A DNA stretch of 64,000 bases from Psammoneis japonica. Taxonomy: Eukaryota. The stretch is from contig QPGO01000005.1 in the NCBI GenBank assembly GCA_008632985.1, positions 372,001 to 436,000 of the forward strand, in the 5' to 3' direction. Positions within the stretch are counted from its first letter, which is position 1. The number at the start of each line of letters is the position of its first letter. The translations under genes were made by a program, and so were the position numbers. The notes beneath the pieces were generated by a model that saw only the letters and a program-made list of their open reading frames with translations, was not told where the DNA came from and made no database searches. This document shows positions 51,804 through 64,000 of the stretch, in pieces.

Positions 51804-54738
51804 TTACTCTTCCTCGTAGTACTCCTCGTCCTCATCTTCCTCGTCATCTTCCTCCAACCAATTAAACCAATCCATGGTTTGAACAATAGCTGTCATTTTG
51901 CCAACTTCATGCTCATCTGATTCATCCTCCTTCCATTCTTCAAACGCATCGTCCTCAACAAGGTCGTACTTGTACATTCCGCGAAACATGGCTTGAACGA
52001 GATATTCATCGTTGATCTTGGGGAAGCCTTGCGTGTCACAATACTATATTTCATAAAATCACATAGAGATTAGAGATTGAACAACAGGCGCCGAGCGGAT
52101 AAATGGAAGAAAACGCACCTTTTGGATACCCCAAAGAACTTGCATTTGTCCAACAACATCACCCTCGACCAGCGACAGAAACGCAGCACCAAAATTGGAT
52201 GGTTCAGCCCATTTACATTCCGGATCAGGATTCTTGAGTTCTTTCTCGGACAGCAAATGAAAAACGAGCTTCTCGACCGTGGGAAGGACGTCCCTTTGAT
52301 CTGCACACCACTGCTTCAAGTCGTCGCCCAACTTCTCACCGCTGACAAATTCCGCAAGCAAATCGGACTCCACCTGTGCAGCCTTGGCAGCCTTTTCAGC
52401 CTCGGCTTTTTCTTCTGCTTCCTTTGCAGCTGCGGCCTCCTCCGCAGCTTTTCTCTCAGCTTCAGCCTTTTCCTCAGCTTCGCGCTTTTTCCTTTCGATA
52501 CGAGCCTTGGCAGCCTCCTCGTCTTCGCCAGGCAGTGTCATAGGCACATCTACCGGCGGTAGCACGGTTTCCTGCTCCCTGGCTACAGGTTTGAGAATAT
52601 TGTCCACACGCCTACTTCCTTCGGCACCTGCTCCTCTCGGTGGCACTCCTCCGTCAAAGCGCTCATCGCCACGTCTGCCATCGCCAAAGTCACGTCGATC
52701 ACGGTCATCGTAACCGCGAGAACGGCCATATCCACCGCCGCCACGGCTATCATCGTAGCGCTCCCTATAACCACCTCCGCGACTATTGTCAAATCGGCCT
52801 CCATCGGCACCACGATCATCAAAGCGACCACGACCATCACCGCGATCGTCGAAGCGACGACCTCGACCATCACCGCGATCGTCGAAGTGCCCACGACCGT
52901 CACCACGATCGTCAAAACGTCCAGGACCACGGTCATCCGATCTTCCACCTCCAGGAATGTAGTCCTCGTCAGCTGCAATCGCAGCCGCAAAGCGGGAGTT
53001 CTCTTGAAGTGGAGGTGGAGGTCCTCGTTCTCCACGATATCCGTCTCCCCGTTCCATACTTTCGCGTTCGGCTTCTGCGGCAGCCGCTGCGAAACGAGAG
53101 TTGGCCACTTGAGGAGGAGGTCCTCTGGGTAGGGATGGGACAGACCGATCTGCCTCGGCAGCTGCAGCAAAGCGTGAATTCTGTTCCATTGGTGGACCAC
53201 CCATCTCGCGGAGGCGTTCAGATTCTGCTGCGGCTGCAGCAAAACGAGAATTCTTCACCTCGGGAGGAGGACCCATGTTGTCACGGCCTCTTAAACTTTC
53301 CCTCTCTCGCATGCGTTCCTTTTCTTCTTCTGCCAATATTTCGAAACGTTTGTTGACAACTGGGGGAGGTCCAGCTCGATCGAAGTCACCGCGGTCACCT
53401 CGCTCTCTCCGATTATTAGACTACGAACATCACAAGAAGTGCAAGATGAAGTTAGTTTCTGAAAAAAGGTAAAGAATTCACAGATACAGTGCATAAAGAA
53501 GATGTACCTCGCGTTTTGCGGTTGGCGCCGCCTCAAGCAAGGCAGCTCGAGAATTAACAACTTTTGGTTCCATTCGTTTGCGCTCCCTTCTTTCTGACTT
53601 GTTCTTTTCGTTTCCGTCTGATTTTTCATCCGTTGTTTTTTCTTCATCTCCAGTTGCGGCTGTCTCCTTGTTGACCTCAACACTTTCTGTCGTGGGTGCT
53701 TCAGGTTCGTCTGTTCCTTCTTTTGCTTCTTCTGTGGTTTCTTCCTCTGCGGCAGCCTCATTCTTCTCTGGGCTTTCTGGCTTTGCATTCTCTTTCTGGT
53801 CCTTATCCTTAAGCTCCAAAGCTTCCAGTTTAGCAGCTGTATCGACAGCTGTAGCGCCACCAAAGGGGTCCGATTTAGGCTTTGGGGCCGGTTTGGGTGC
53901 AGGCTCTTCTTTTTTCTCTTGTTTGGGTTGTTCCGGCAAGGGTGCGGTGCGTTTTGACAAGTTCAAGCGCGGACGATCACCAGAAGGTGGCGGTGGTCCT
54001 CCTCCGCCCCGTGAAAAGTTATCACGTCCACCACCACGTTCAAAACGGTCGAATCCGCCGCCTTGATCGCCGCCATAACCACCACGATCACCATAGCCTC
54101 CTCCGCCTCCTCGACTTCCATAACCTCGGTCGCGGTCTCCGTAGCCACCTCGGTCACCGTAACCACCTCGGTCACCGTATCCTCCGCCACGTTCGCGGTC
54201 TCCATAACCACCGCGATCTCCGTAACCTCTGTTGCGATCACCATAACCACCTCCACGGTCTCCATAACTGCCTCCACGGTCTCCATAACTGCCTCCACGG
54301 TCTCCGTAACCGCCTCCGCGGTCTCCGTAACCGCCTCCACGATCTCCGTAACCTCCACCACCGCGGTCTCCATATCCGCCACGATCTCCATAACCTCCTC
54401 GGTCACCGCTTCCGAATCCACCGCCGCCACCTGAAGCTCCTCCTCCACCGCCTCTTCTCCAAGTCGAGTCTTCGTCGGCACGGGATGTAGGATAATCGTT
54501 TTCTTCGCGACGAGGCTTGCGACGAAACGATCCATCATCGTCGGGACTGTCAGTACGACAACAAAAGAAGTTTTCATCGTGTGAGATCAAAAATTGATTA
54601 TATTTAATTCCATTTTTAGCCACCTTGTTGTACTTACCCTCGTTGCTTTGGAGCAGACGGTAAGAAATCAGTTTCACTGGTCGGAGCTCCTCCCATAAAC
54701 TCCGACATGGACATCTTTGTGCCCTTGTTCTTTCCCAT
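51804..54738 (-). CDS. eIF4B-like protein (LPSAP, DRYG-type repeats, RPRLNL, SDPFGGA) fused to a C-terminal W2 (eIF5C) domain
   Basis: [14 protein letters not shown]...[19 protein letters not shown]; (GGYGDR)n; [26 protein letters not shown]-terminal [17 protein letters not shown]...[13 protein letters not shown]. Joined by three GT-AG introns. Confidence 0.75.
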
Positions 54739-55336
54739 TTTTTTGGAACAGTACTTTTTCGTTTCTTCTTGTAATTTATAAACTCTCGAGGCTGCTATTT
54801 TCGGCTCTAGAAAAGACACTTCTGCACTAGCACGTTTCAACAGACTCAACAAGTGCGTGCTGTCTTGATCAAGCCAATCAGTCCGAGGAGTCTACAAGTG
54901 TCGGAGTCCCACAGCTTGAATTTGATTTGAGTGGTGTGTGTGGTGTGAACACACTTCAACTTCTGGTTTCTGGTTGGTGGGTGGTGGGTGGTACCGGGGT
55001 ATGCTATGGTCGGTGGCTGCTGGTGTGTTGGTGCGTGAGACGTGCGCCAGCGGAGTGATAGAAAGTGGGCGCCAAAACTATTTTCTTACGTAGAAAGCTA
55101 CTCACAAGTACTGGGAAGTTTGTTCGCAGCCACGCATTTTTCAATCCCGCAAGTACAGCGTCGTGCGTAGTATCGATTACACGTACGTCAATAACGTACG
55201 TACTTCCCTGTAGAACCTCTGACGTCACCGTATCCCTCGTCTGTCTGCTGCTTCACGAGTTTGAACTTGTGCTTGACACCAGATCGCCACATTTTGGTGA
55301 CATTTTTTCTTTTTGCGATTCACGCGACAGTTAACC

Positions 55337-55913
55337 ATGAAGATTTCCCAGATTTCTCTCTTTGCAGTAGCCATTGCTCTGCTGAGCATGTAGCCATGAT
55401 GTAGCCTCGTTTTCGTTCAACAAGCCAAACTTGGACTCGAAGTCCTCGTCTCATGCTGAAACTGGTCGTCGTGCCTTGTTGCTCGGCGGAGCAGCATTGT
55501 TGGCAGGGTCCGCTCCTGCCGTTGCCAAACCCATGAATTTAGGTGATCCCAATTCGGTTGTTGGACGCGAGATTCAATCTTTTCAGGGTCTCATTTACAA
55601 CTTTAAAAACACCGCCTTGAGCGGAGGGCTGGATGCGTCCAAGCTCAACGAGCCAAGTATTCCTTTCATTGAGTTTGGAGAAAAGATGAAGAACGGAGAA
55701 GTTACTTTTGTCGAGTTTATGGCGCCCAATGGCGAAGTTGCCTACGCCACCATCAACAAGGAGAACGGAGGCAAGCCAATTCGAATCGGAGAAGGATATC
55801 CGACTGGCGGCAAGAATTCGTGGAGCAGCCCTGACTACGTCATTCGATCCGTTAGTAACTTTGGCGTGCCGTACGTGTTTACGGTTCCAGCCCTCAAGAA
55901 ATACAGGTCATAG
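55337..55913 (+). CDS. Probable thylakoid-lumen protein with tripartite presequence; 1-bp frameshift in the signal peptide as assembled
   Basis: MKISQISLFAVAIALL / (frame change) ACSHDVAS-FSF; then twin-arginine RRALLLGGAALLAGSAPAVA; mature part contains IPFIEFGEKMKNGEVTFVEF. Confidence 0.7.
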
Positions 55914-56328
55914 ATTTTTAGAGACGAGGACAGAAACATTCGTCAAGCATTTCTAATTCAATCGGAGTTGAACTTTTGTTGGTGGTCATGCGAGATAAAA
56001 GTATAAGTATGACGAGACGTCACGTGACACCTGTGTATGTGATTCGTCCTTTCCTTTACCTAGAGAGAGTGATTGCTACAATATTTAAAGTGCATTTTTG
56101 TTGACTCCTGCTTTAGGAACTGTGAGAAGCTCTGAGTTTGTGCATGGCATGTGTGTGTTGACTGATCAAAGTCGTCTGTCTTTCTAGCTACTTTATCATT
56201 ATGGCATGCGTGACGATCCTGTCGTCCCTCCTCCACCCGTCGATCCCGCCCAGCTCCCGGTTCTGGGTTCTTTTCTTTTCTCCTCGCACATGCGCCACCA
56301 CTTTTTTCACCGTAAGAGCTTGTGCACC

Positions 56329-58032
56329 ATGGCGTCTCTTTCTCTGCCGGCCCCGACTCGGTCGCTTGCCCCACCACCTTCTCTGAAAACCCAGAAGCGT
56401 CCTCAGACGACAGTAGAACCAAAGAAGAAACAACTCCGTGCTCCCTCGTATGAAGAGCGATGTAACTCCGCGACTGCAGTCTCCAAAATGACACCCGAGG
56501 AACGTCGAAAGAAAAAGACTTCTCTCTTTGTGCCTCGCTCTTTGGAAGACTTTGATGACGGCGGGGCCTTTCCTGAAATCCATGTAGCGCAGTATCCTCG
56601 CCATATGGGTAATCCGCACCTAAAGAAATCAGGAGCGGGTCAGTCCTCGAGGGCGATTGTGAATGTCGAAGTCGATGCTGACGGAGAAGTCAGTTACGAT
56701 GCAATTGTCAAGAGCGGAACAAACGCAGATAAAGAGGTGTTTTCCCGCCACGAGGACTTGCGTGGAGGAGAAGCAGATCCAGAAGCTGTGGCTCTGCCAA
56801 CGCAAAAGGAAGAGGAGGATGCAACTCGAAAGACACAGGCAGCCCTACAGTCTCTTTTATCCACAAAGATAGCCCTTGACCGACCTACAGGTTCAGCCAT
56901 GGTGCAAGCGGAAACGTCGAAAAACCATGAAGCCAAAACACAGTTCATAAAGTACACTCCGCGTGAAGACGCTCCCGGATACAACCCCACTGCGAAGCAA
57001 CGTGTCATTCAAATGGTACCGGCTCAAGTGGATCCCATGATGCCTCCCAAGCACAAGCACATCAAGGCACCCCGCGGTCCAGCTGAAGACCCTGTCCCAG
57101 TCTTGCACGCTCCTCCAGAGAAACTCACCAAGGAAGAACGCGACGCATGGAATGTCCCTGCGTGTATTTCCAATTGGAAGAATAGCCGTGGTTACACCAT
57201 TCCCCTCGATAAGCGTTTGGCAGCCGATGGACGGGGATTGCGAGAACACACGATTAATCCCAACTTTGCGACTCTCTCGGAATCACTCTATGTGGCGGAG
57301 CGGCAATCACGACAGGAAGTTCGAGCTCGTGCTCAAGTGCAGAAACGCCTTGTGTTGCAAGAAAAACAAGAGCGTGAAGCGGAACTCCGCGATTTGGCCA
57401 ACCAAGCTCGTATGGAGAGAGGAGGACATGGAGCAGCTTCTACTGCCGCCGCTGGAGAGGAAGAAGAGCGCTTCAACAATCGCAGTGGTACAGTCTCGGA
57501 CCATGAAGAAGACGGAGGTGACTTTTCTGATAAAGAGGAAACAGAGGATGAGGTTGCTGCAAGACAGCGTGAGCAGTTAAGAATGGAACGAAAGAGAGAG
57601 CGAGAGCGCGAAATGCGAATGGAAAACAACATGGAACTTAAAAAGCAACGCTTGGAGGCCGAGCGTGATGTTTCAGAAAAAGTGGCCTTGGGCGTTCAAA
57701 CTGGCACTGGTGGTGGCTTGGGCGGAGAAGTCGATTCAAGGCTCTACAACCAGTCGGCCGGATTGGACTCTGGATTTGGTGCCGAGGACGAATACAACAC
57801 ATACAGTAAACCATTGTTTGGAGCAGCAGCAGGGTCCGCCTCCATTTACCGTCCTACGAGAGGCGAAACCGAGCATAATGCTGACGAGCAGTACGACAAG
57901 CTGCTCAAGGGGGGAACCGCCAAGTTCCAGCCAGATAAAGGATTTGCTGGCGCTGATGGAGGTGGCAGTGCAGCCGCCAGCGGTGCGGCGCGGACGGCAC
58001 CAGTTCAGTTTGAAAAGGAACGTGGTAAATGA
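56329..58032 (+). CDS. SNW1: SNW domain splicing factor SKIP/Prp45, intronless
   Basis: EDFDDGGAFPEIHVAQYP, DPMMPPKHK, VPACISNWKNSRGYTIPLDKRLAADGRGL, ERDVSEKVALG, PVQFEK. Confidence 0.97.
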   Translation: MASLSLPAPTRSLAPPPSLKTQKRPQTTVEPKKKQLRAPSYEERCNSATAVSKMTPEERRKKKTSLFVPRSLEDFDDGGAFPEIHVAQYPRHMGNPHLKKSGAGQSSRAIVNVEVDADGEVSYDAIVKSGTNADKEVFSRHEDLRGGEADPEAVALPTQKEEEDATRKTQAALQSLLSTKIALDRPTGSAMVQAETSKNHEAKTQFIKYTPREDAPGYNPTAKQRVIQMVPAQVDPMMPPKHKHIKAPRGPAEDPVPVLHAPPEKLTKEERDAWNVPACISNWKNSRGYTIPLDKRLAADGRGLREHTINPNFATLSESLYVAERQSRQEVRARAQVQKRLVLQEKQEREAELRDLANQARMERGGHGAASTAAAGEEEERFNNRSGTVSDHEEDGGDFSDKEETEDEVAARQREQLRMERKREREREMRMENNMELKKQRLEAERDVSEKVALGVQTGTGGGLGGEVDSRLYNQSAGLDSGFGAEDEYNTYSKPLFGAAAGSASIYRPTRGETEHNADEQYDKLLKGGTAKFQPDKGFAGADGGGSAAASGAARTAPVQFEKERGK

Positions 58033-58451
58033 ATTGGGCGTTTAGATCAAGTTTTATTTACTTTTGTTTCACAGGGATAAACTCGTCGGACTTTCTCCTT
58101 GGTGAAGGGGTGGAATCTTGACGTTGCTTCATAGGTACTCCGACGTTGCTTCATGTAAGGTTATTTAAAAAAGAAAGTATGAATTTCACTGAACCACTTT
58201 AGAGAGATATAACGAGGAGGGTCCTATTCATAGTGCACTTCAATCAGTTATCTATCGATCCGATTCATTTTGTTATTTTGTTTTACTTTTTTTGTTTAAT
58301 CGCATCCATAACCTCTAGAGTTAGAGTAATGGCCAAGTGGATCAAAACATCGGCATTCCAGAAACGGTCTGGCCGTCATTCAAAAAGATTATTTGATTTA
58401 TTAACTCCTGAAAATAATTTATTTTCCGACACATCGCATCGCACTTTTTCA

Positions 58452-60367
58452 ATGAGCGTCATAACATCGTCGGCGGATAACGAGAAGCCAATGATGTCAA
58501 GGTCCGCAGTCAATCAATCAACGTGGGTTACAGCAGCATGCATTGTTGCAACATCTTCTGTTGTACTTATGCTTAGACGGAGGAGAGTCAAGGCTGGGTC
58601 CTCTTCAGATGATTGCAGCGAACTGATCGTTCGGGATGACACGCCCGGTCGGGTCGGAAGCCGCGGTGTGATGGGTTTGCAGCCACCCATTCCGTACTTG
58701 AACACCTTCTTCAGATGTCTTCAGGTGAGATCCGATGTTATTGATACGCTGTGGATTGTCATTACCGTAATTTCTCTTACAGGTACATCTGGTCCTTTTT
58801 TTCTCCTGCCTCCTCCATCGGTTCTTTTCCAGGATCCTTGCGACCCAGTTGAAAATCCTCACGGGTACATTGGACTGTGTATTGCGGAGAACAGAATTGT
58901 CACGGATCTGCTATCAAATCGACTGACTCAGCCACAGATAGCGAAGACGGCTTTCTATGATCACATGGTGTATAGTTACAACTCTTTTCTCGGACTCATG
59001 ATTACGCGAGAAGCTGCTGCGTACTTTTTAGCAAAGCGATTCTTGTATCCTGAACAGAAACAAATGACAGCGGAGCAAGCGCTGAAGCATATTGACCCTG
59101 ACCTAATTTCTATTGGATCCGGAGCTGCTGGTATTCTCAATTCACTATTTTACACCCTGGGAGAAGCAGGAGACGCCGTTCTGATCCCCGCGCCCTACTA
59201 CGCTGCTTTTGAAGCCGATATGAAGGTACGTTCGTTGTAGAATACCTTAACGGCTCGGCCAATCATGCCTTCAACTGATATCTGGCTCTGTTTTGATGCA
59301 TCGTCCGATTCTTTTGCAGGTCATGGCGCGTTGTGTACCTGTTCCCCTCGAAATGGCGCATCCAGCTCATGGACCAACAGACAGGGATTTGGATATTGCG
59401 TACCTAAAGGCAAAATCGGTGGGTAGTCGTGTCGATGGCGACTTCTGCCTTTCCTTTTCTTACTCTCACTTGTACCGTGTACACTATCGTTTCTTACCCT
59501 CGTAGAAAGGATTGCGCGTGCGGTTTCTTTTAATGACCAACCCAAACAATCCACTCGGAGTTATTTACCGTCCAGAGACTGTCAAGACTGCCATTACTTG
59601 GGCCAGGAAACGAGGCATCGATACAATTATGGATGAAATTTACGCTCTCTCAACTCACAAGGTAGGAAAACGAAGGAAGTAATGCCACATATCGTTTTCG
59701 TTGATTCTCATTCGTTCTTGTGACCGTCTTTCTCGCTGAGAAGAAGGAGGGACATGGCTTTCAGTCTGTTATTCGCATATTGAACAACGATCTAGGGGAC
59801 AACGTCCACATGATTTGGGCACTCAGCAAAGACTTTGGAGCCAGTGGCTTTCGTGTCGGTATTCTTTACACTCAAAACCGGCTGTTGCTCAAGGCCTTGT
59901 CAACGCTGCACGTTTTTTCCGGCGTCTCGCACCCAATGCAAATGGTCACGGCCGAAATCTTGACAGACGACACCTTTCTCGATTCTTTTCTCGATGAATC
60001 CAGGAACCGCATACTGTACAGCTACACAATTTGTGCGACGAAACTAGAGGAAATGGTGATCCCGTACATTCCAGCTGAGGCGGGCTTATTTATATACGCA
60101 GACTTCTCCTCTCTCCTCAAATCCAAGACGTTTGAAGGCGAAGAACTGTTGAGAGAGCTAATTGTGAACCATGCTCGGGTAGTCTTAACACCCGGCGAGA
60201 GCCAGCGAGATCCACATCCGGGAATGTTTCGAATTTGCTACACGTGGGTTAGTCCTGATGTTCTGTTGATTGCAATGGAGCGAATCAGTCGATTGGTGGC
60301 AAAGATAAGAAAGATGGACTGGGAGGATCTCAACGAATCATCACTCAATAATATATTAGAATATTAA
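58452..60367 (+). CDS. ACC-synthase-like PLP-dependent class I/II aminotransferase-fold enzyme with N-terminal membrane anchor; about 5 exons
   Basis: NPHGYIGLCIAEN, LIPAPYYAAF, TNPNNPLG, DEIYALS, WALSKDFGASGFRVG, PGMFRICY. Confidence 0.88.
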
Positions 60368-60493
60368 CAAAAGGGTGGACAACGGAAACACCGCGAAAGA
60401 ATTGCCACCTTGGACTGAACGTCAGTTTCCACTTGCAAGAATTTATACTCTATGTCATAGCTTCAACCTTCTTGGAGTTGCGACGCTTTATTC

Positions 60494-63400
60494 TTAAGAC
60501 AAGTCTGGTTGGTAGCAATAGTCCTTGCCTGTCGGCAGCATGAAAAGAATCATCAAAGTCTGACTTAGCCCTATTCAATTGAAAATCTGGAACCTTTCGC
60601 ATTCATTGTGAGATTTTGACAGCTTACCTTTTCTTCCAATTCCAAAGCAGCCTGAAACGATTATTAGAAAAGGTGATTGATTAGAATACAAATACCCATG
60701 ACCGCAGGCCGCCCATACTCATTCCTACTTACCAGGCACCTGCTCGTATTTTCGCCTTTTAAAGCATCGCAATTTGCCGACACAATCTGAATGAAAATCA
60801 CAGCTTTTTGGACAAAAGATAAAAGATGTGGGTGAGCTTGTATCGAAGAATAAAGGAACAGCTAGAGGATATGGCGGACTTACTCGCCCTCACCTATAAA
60901 CACCAAGCAAAGAAAGCTTGTGAGGCTTTTTTTTTAGCAACAACACCGGGGACCTAAACAAGTCAGCCATTACTCACACTCTCCAAGAGGGAATGCCTCT
61001 TCTGGCACACCATCTTTGCCAATGAACTTAAGCGACATAAGTGGAGGAACGAAGCAATAGTCTTTGCCTTCTACGTCGCCTGGGCCACCACTGGCACAGC
61101 CAGGTACTCCTTCAAAGGCGTCTCTCTTGAAACAGAGCAATCCTTCTTCGCATTCCCCGCTGTTGTCGCAGCTAGAGTGCATGAACGACAAGGCAATGTT
61201 AGTGCAATGATTATCATGGGAGGTCCAGCGAAATCAACAACCACATCATGACTTTGAATCGCGCGGCATTTGACTTACTCGCCCTCGCCTATATGAAGAA
61301 ACGAGTAAGCTTTTGAGCGACTCAAGAAAAATGCGGTGCAAGATAGCACAATTCCTACTTACACTCGCCGAGTGGAAACTTATCAGGGAGAGCCTTTGGA
61401 TTATTGCCAATAAAGTTTAAGGCTTTTGTCGTCGTGTCTGCTGTCTGTGATGTTGCGGGAGGAGACGTCGGAGATAACGTCGGTTCTCTTGTCGGCGCAG
61501 GCGTGGTCTGTGGACTTGTAGGAGATGAGGTTGGTTCCCCTGTGATTTGTAACGTGGGTTGCAACGTGGACATCGACGCCGACGGTAAGGGAGTAGTACG
61601 CAGAACAGCTCCCCAGTTAGGATCAAAACAATAGTCTTTCCCCCTCTTATCGCCAGGGCCACCGGATGTACATCCTGGAACCGGCTCGGTGTCTCGTCGT
61701 TTTTGGCATCGAAGACCTAGAAGGAAAGTGGTTAGAAAGAGAGAAGGAAAAGAAGATTCGCCGAATGGAAGGGGTTTTGAGCTACATACCGTTTGCACAC
61801 TGCTTGTCTCCGTCGCAGTCACCCTAATTTAACAATAATTGCGAATAAGAATGAGAACGTCAATGGATAAAAACACAGCAAAAATTAAACACTAGGAGCT
61901 TCAAGGAATTCTTGGACTTACTTGACAATGTTGCAACGGAAACTTGGACGGGTTGTCGTCCGGATTCCCCCAAAATTCAAGGTTTGGTAGAGCCGGATCT
62001 GTAGCCGTCGTACTTGCTGCTGACGGAGACGGCGTTGGACCACCTGTTGGAGGAGAGGACGGAGATAGCGTTGGGTCTCCTGTTGGCACAAGTGTGTTCT
62101 TTGCACTTGTAGGAGATGAGGTAGGTTGACTTGTGATTTGCAACGTGGGTTGCAACGTGTAGAGCGACGCCGACGGTGAGGGAGTAGTAAGCCGAACAGC
62201 ACCCCAGAAAGGATCAAAACAATAGTCTTTCCCTTCCTTATCGCCAGGGCCACCGGATGTACATCCTGGAACGGACTCGGTGCCTTGACGTCTCAGACAT
62301 TCCAAACCTGATGATACAAAGAATGAAATGTTCAGAAAGATTTGGGGAAGAAGAAAACGAAGAAGATGCGCAGTACAACCGCTGAAGCGATCCTACAACG
62401 TACCCGGTTGACAATCCTTGTTTCTATCACAATCGCCCTTATATTTCAATGACGATAGAAAGGGGTTAGGTCGGTTACATACTACAACACCAAATGCAAG
62501 TACAATACATTGAAGGAAGCAATAAACGTACTTGGCAATGTTGCAGCGGAAACTTGGACGGATTGTCTTCTTGATTCCCCCAGAATTCAAGGTTTGGTAG
62601 AGCTGGACCTGGAGCTGGACTTACAACGGTTTGAGTCGTTGGCAAAGGCGTGATCAGCCTTTCAACAAATCTCGAGTCATGGCAATAGTCTTTTCCTTTG
62701 AGGCCAATTCCAGAGCAGCCTGGAATGTCTTCGTACCCATCACGTTGAAAACAAGACAATCCCCTCCCACAATCTCTATTGCTGTCGCAGCTTTTTTCCA
62801 GCAGGCACACGCAGACGAAGTTTAGTATGACAAAGTGAAAGCAGACAAGAAACGCTGCGGTTGAACAAACTCACTCTCCCTCGCCTAAACGAAGTTACAA
62901 ACACCAGACGTGGCAAGCGTGAGTATTATCACCGCAGATAAAATGCAGTTCAATCGATATCTACTTACATTTCCCGAGAGGAAATCTGTCTGGCGCATCA
63001 TCTGAATCGCCATAATGAATCAGTGTCGTGACATTTGGATCGGACACGGGGGTAGACCAAGTGTGTTCCTCGATATATGGACATTCTCCAGCGTTTGACC
63101 TAGAGTATAGACCACCTCTGCGATCAATTTCAAATGTATAATCATCATTGCCAGGATCACGCACAACGGTAACGAGAATCGGTGGTGCATCACCACCTCT
63201 GTCAACCACTTTGACGAAAAGGAGAGAAAAGAATCAAGCAAAGCATGTGATGGAATGAGCAAAATAGTACAATATCAGAAAAAATAGAAAAACTGCAAAC
63301 ATAGATGACTCACTAACATCGATAAAATTCGAGTTTTGGGGATCAGGATAGCTCACGCAGTAGTTGTGCCCGTCGCCCCTAAGATACATGACCGGGAGAC

Positions 63401-64000
63401 TTTTATAGTCATCACGCAGCAACGCAAAGAAATCTTTTCCAAAGTAGGTTTCTCTTACGTCCTTCAAAGGAGCGTGTGCAAAGACGACAAGCGCCTTTAC
63501 TCCATACATTTTTGAATAGTACTCTAGTTTGCTCTTCGTCCAATTGAAATTCTGAAAATGGAAGACCAAAACTTTGATCAGAAGAAGCACAAGCAAACAC
63601 GTGTAAAAATCAATGCCTGCCAACGTACCTGTACTAGTCGAATTGGCTCGTCACCCCTAGTAGTGACAGGTTCACGCAGAGCCAGTAAGAACGTTTCATA
63701 ACCCCACAAAGCAATGCTTTAAACAACAAAACTTACAATGCATTGCCTCCAACCATGTTTAGTCCGACAAAAAGAGTCCGGTTGAGATAAAACGCAAAGT
63801 TCTCGCCTCGCTTTATTCCCGGCAATCTCTCCACATCAGTTTGCCGTTCAACTATCATGTTGGAAGAAGAAGTTCCAAAGCCATAAGAATTGTCGTGACC
63901 AAAATGTTCTTCCCAAAGCTGGTAGGCATAGTCTGGATCATCACAATCCGTCCACTCGTTGTCACCCACGACAAAAAATAGATCTCTTTGGTCGTAATTA
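60494..64000 (-). CDS. Metallophosphoesterase-like domain followed by five frustulin-type acidic cysteine-rich (C(E/Q)GDCD) repeats with Pro/Thr linkers; 5' end outside the window
   Basis: VGDNEWTDC, FVGLNMVG, YLRGDGH; repeats FPL..C(E/Q)GDCD...C..GL.C..R....VPGC...GKDYC; stop at 60494 after GKDYCYQPDLS. Confidence 0.75.

Noticed and set aside
52077..54577. Long antisense and alternate-frame ORFs
   Set aside because: Shadows of the low-complexity GGYGDR/DDRG coding repeats.

Overview
Eukaryotic nuclear DNA, most likely a diatom (short GT-AG introns, ASAF-type plastid presequences, frustulin-type CEGDCD repeats, diatom-type LINE). Two gene-dense arms (1-21.9 kb and 43.5-64 kb) carry about 17 genes, most of them intron-containing: an EF-hand fusion, Mpv17/PMP22, a PNUTS-like RRM protein, panC, ilvA, an I13 protease inhibitor, an organelle-type TOP2, two paralogous Cys/His-motif + BAR(-PH) genes, RPL24, HPPD-like, an eIF4B-W2 fusion, SNW1, ACC-synthase-like and a frustulin-like gene with 10-nt micro-exons. 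Between the arms is a sharply bounded ~21.6 kb block of decayed transposons (DDE transposase, RNase H LINE, MITE), host-gene fragments and unknown repeats. The main observation is that this block has lost nearly all TpA as well as CpG, both converted to TpG/CpA. A copy of the flanking gene inside the block shows the direction: by hand count 13 of 14 TpA became TpG/CpA and CpG fell from ~32 to 3. At the left edge TpA is already gone while CpG persists. This suggests a repeat-domain TpA->TpG/CpA hypermutation process, opposite in direction to fungal RIP, acting alongside ordinary 5mC deamination. Counts are by hand and family calls are from motif recognition; no searches were run.
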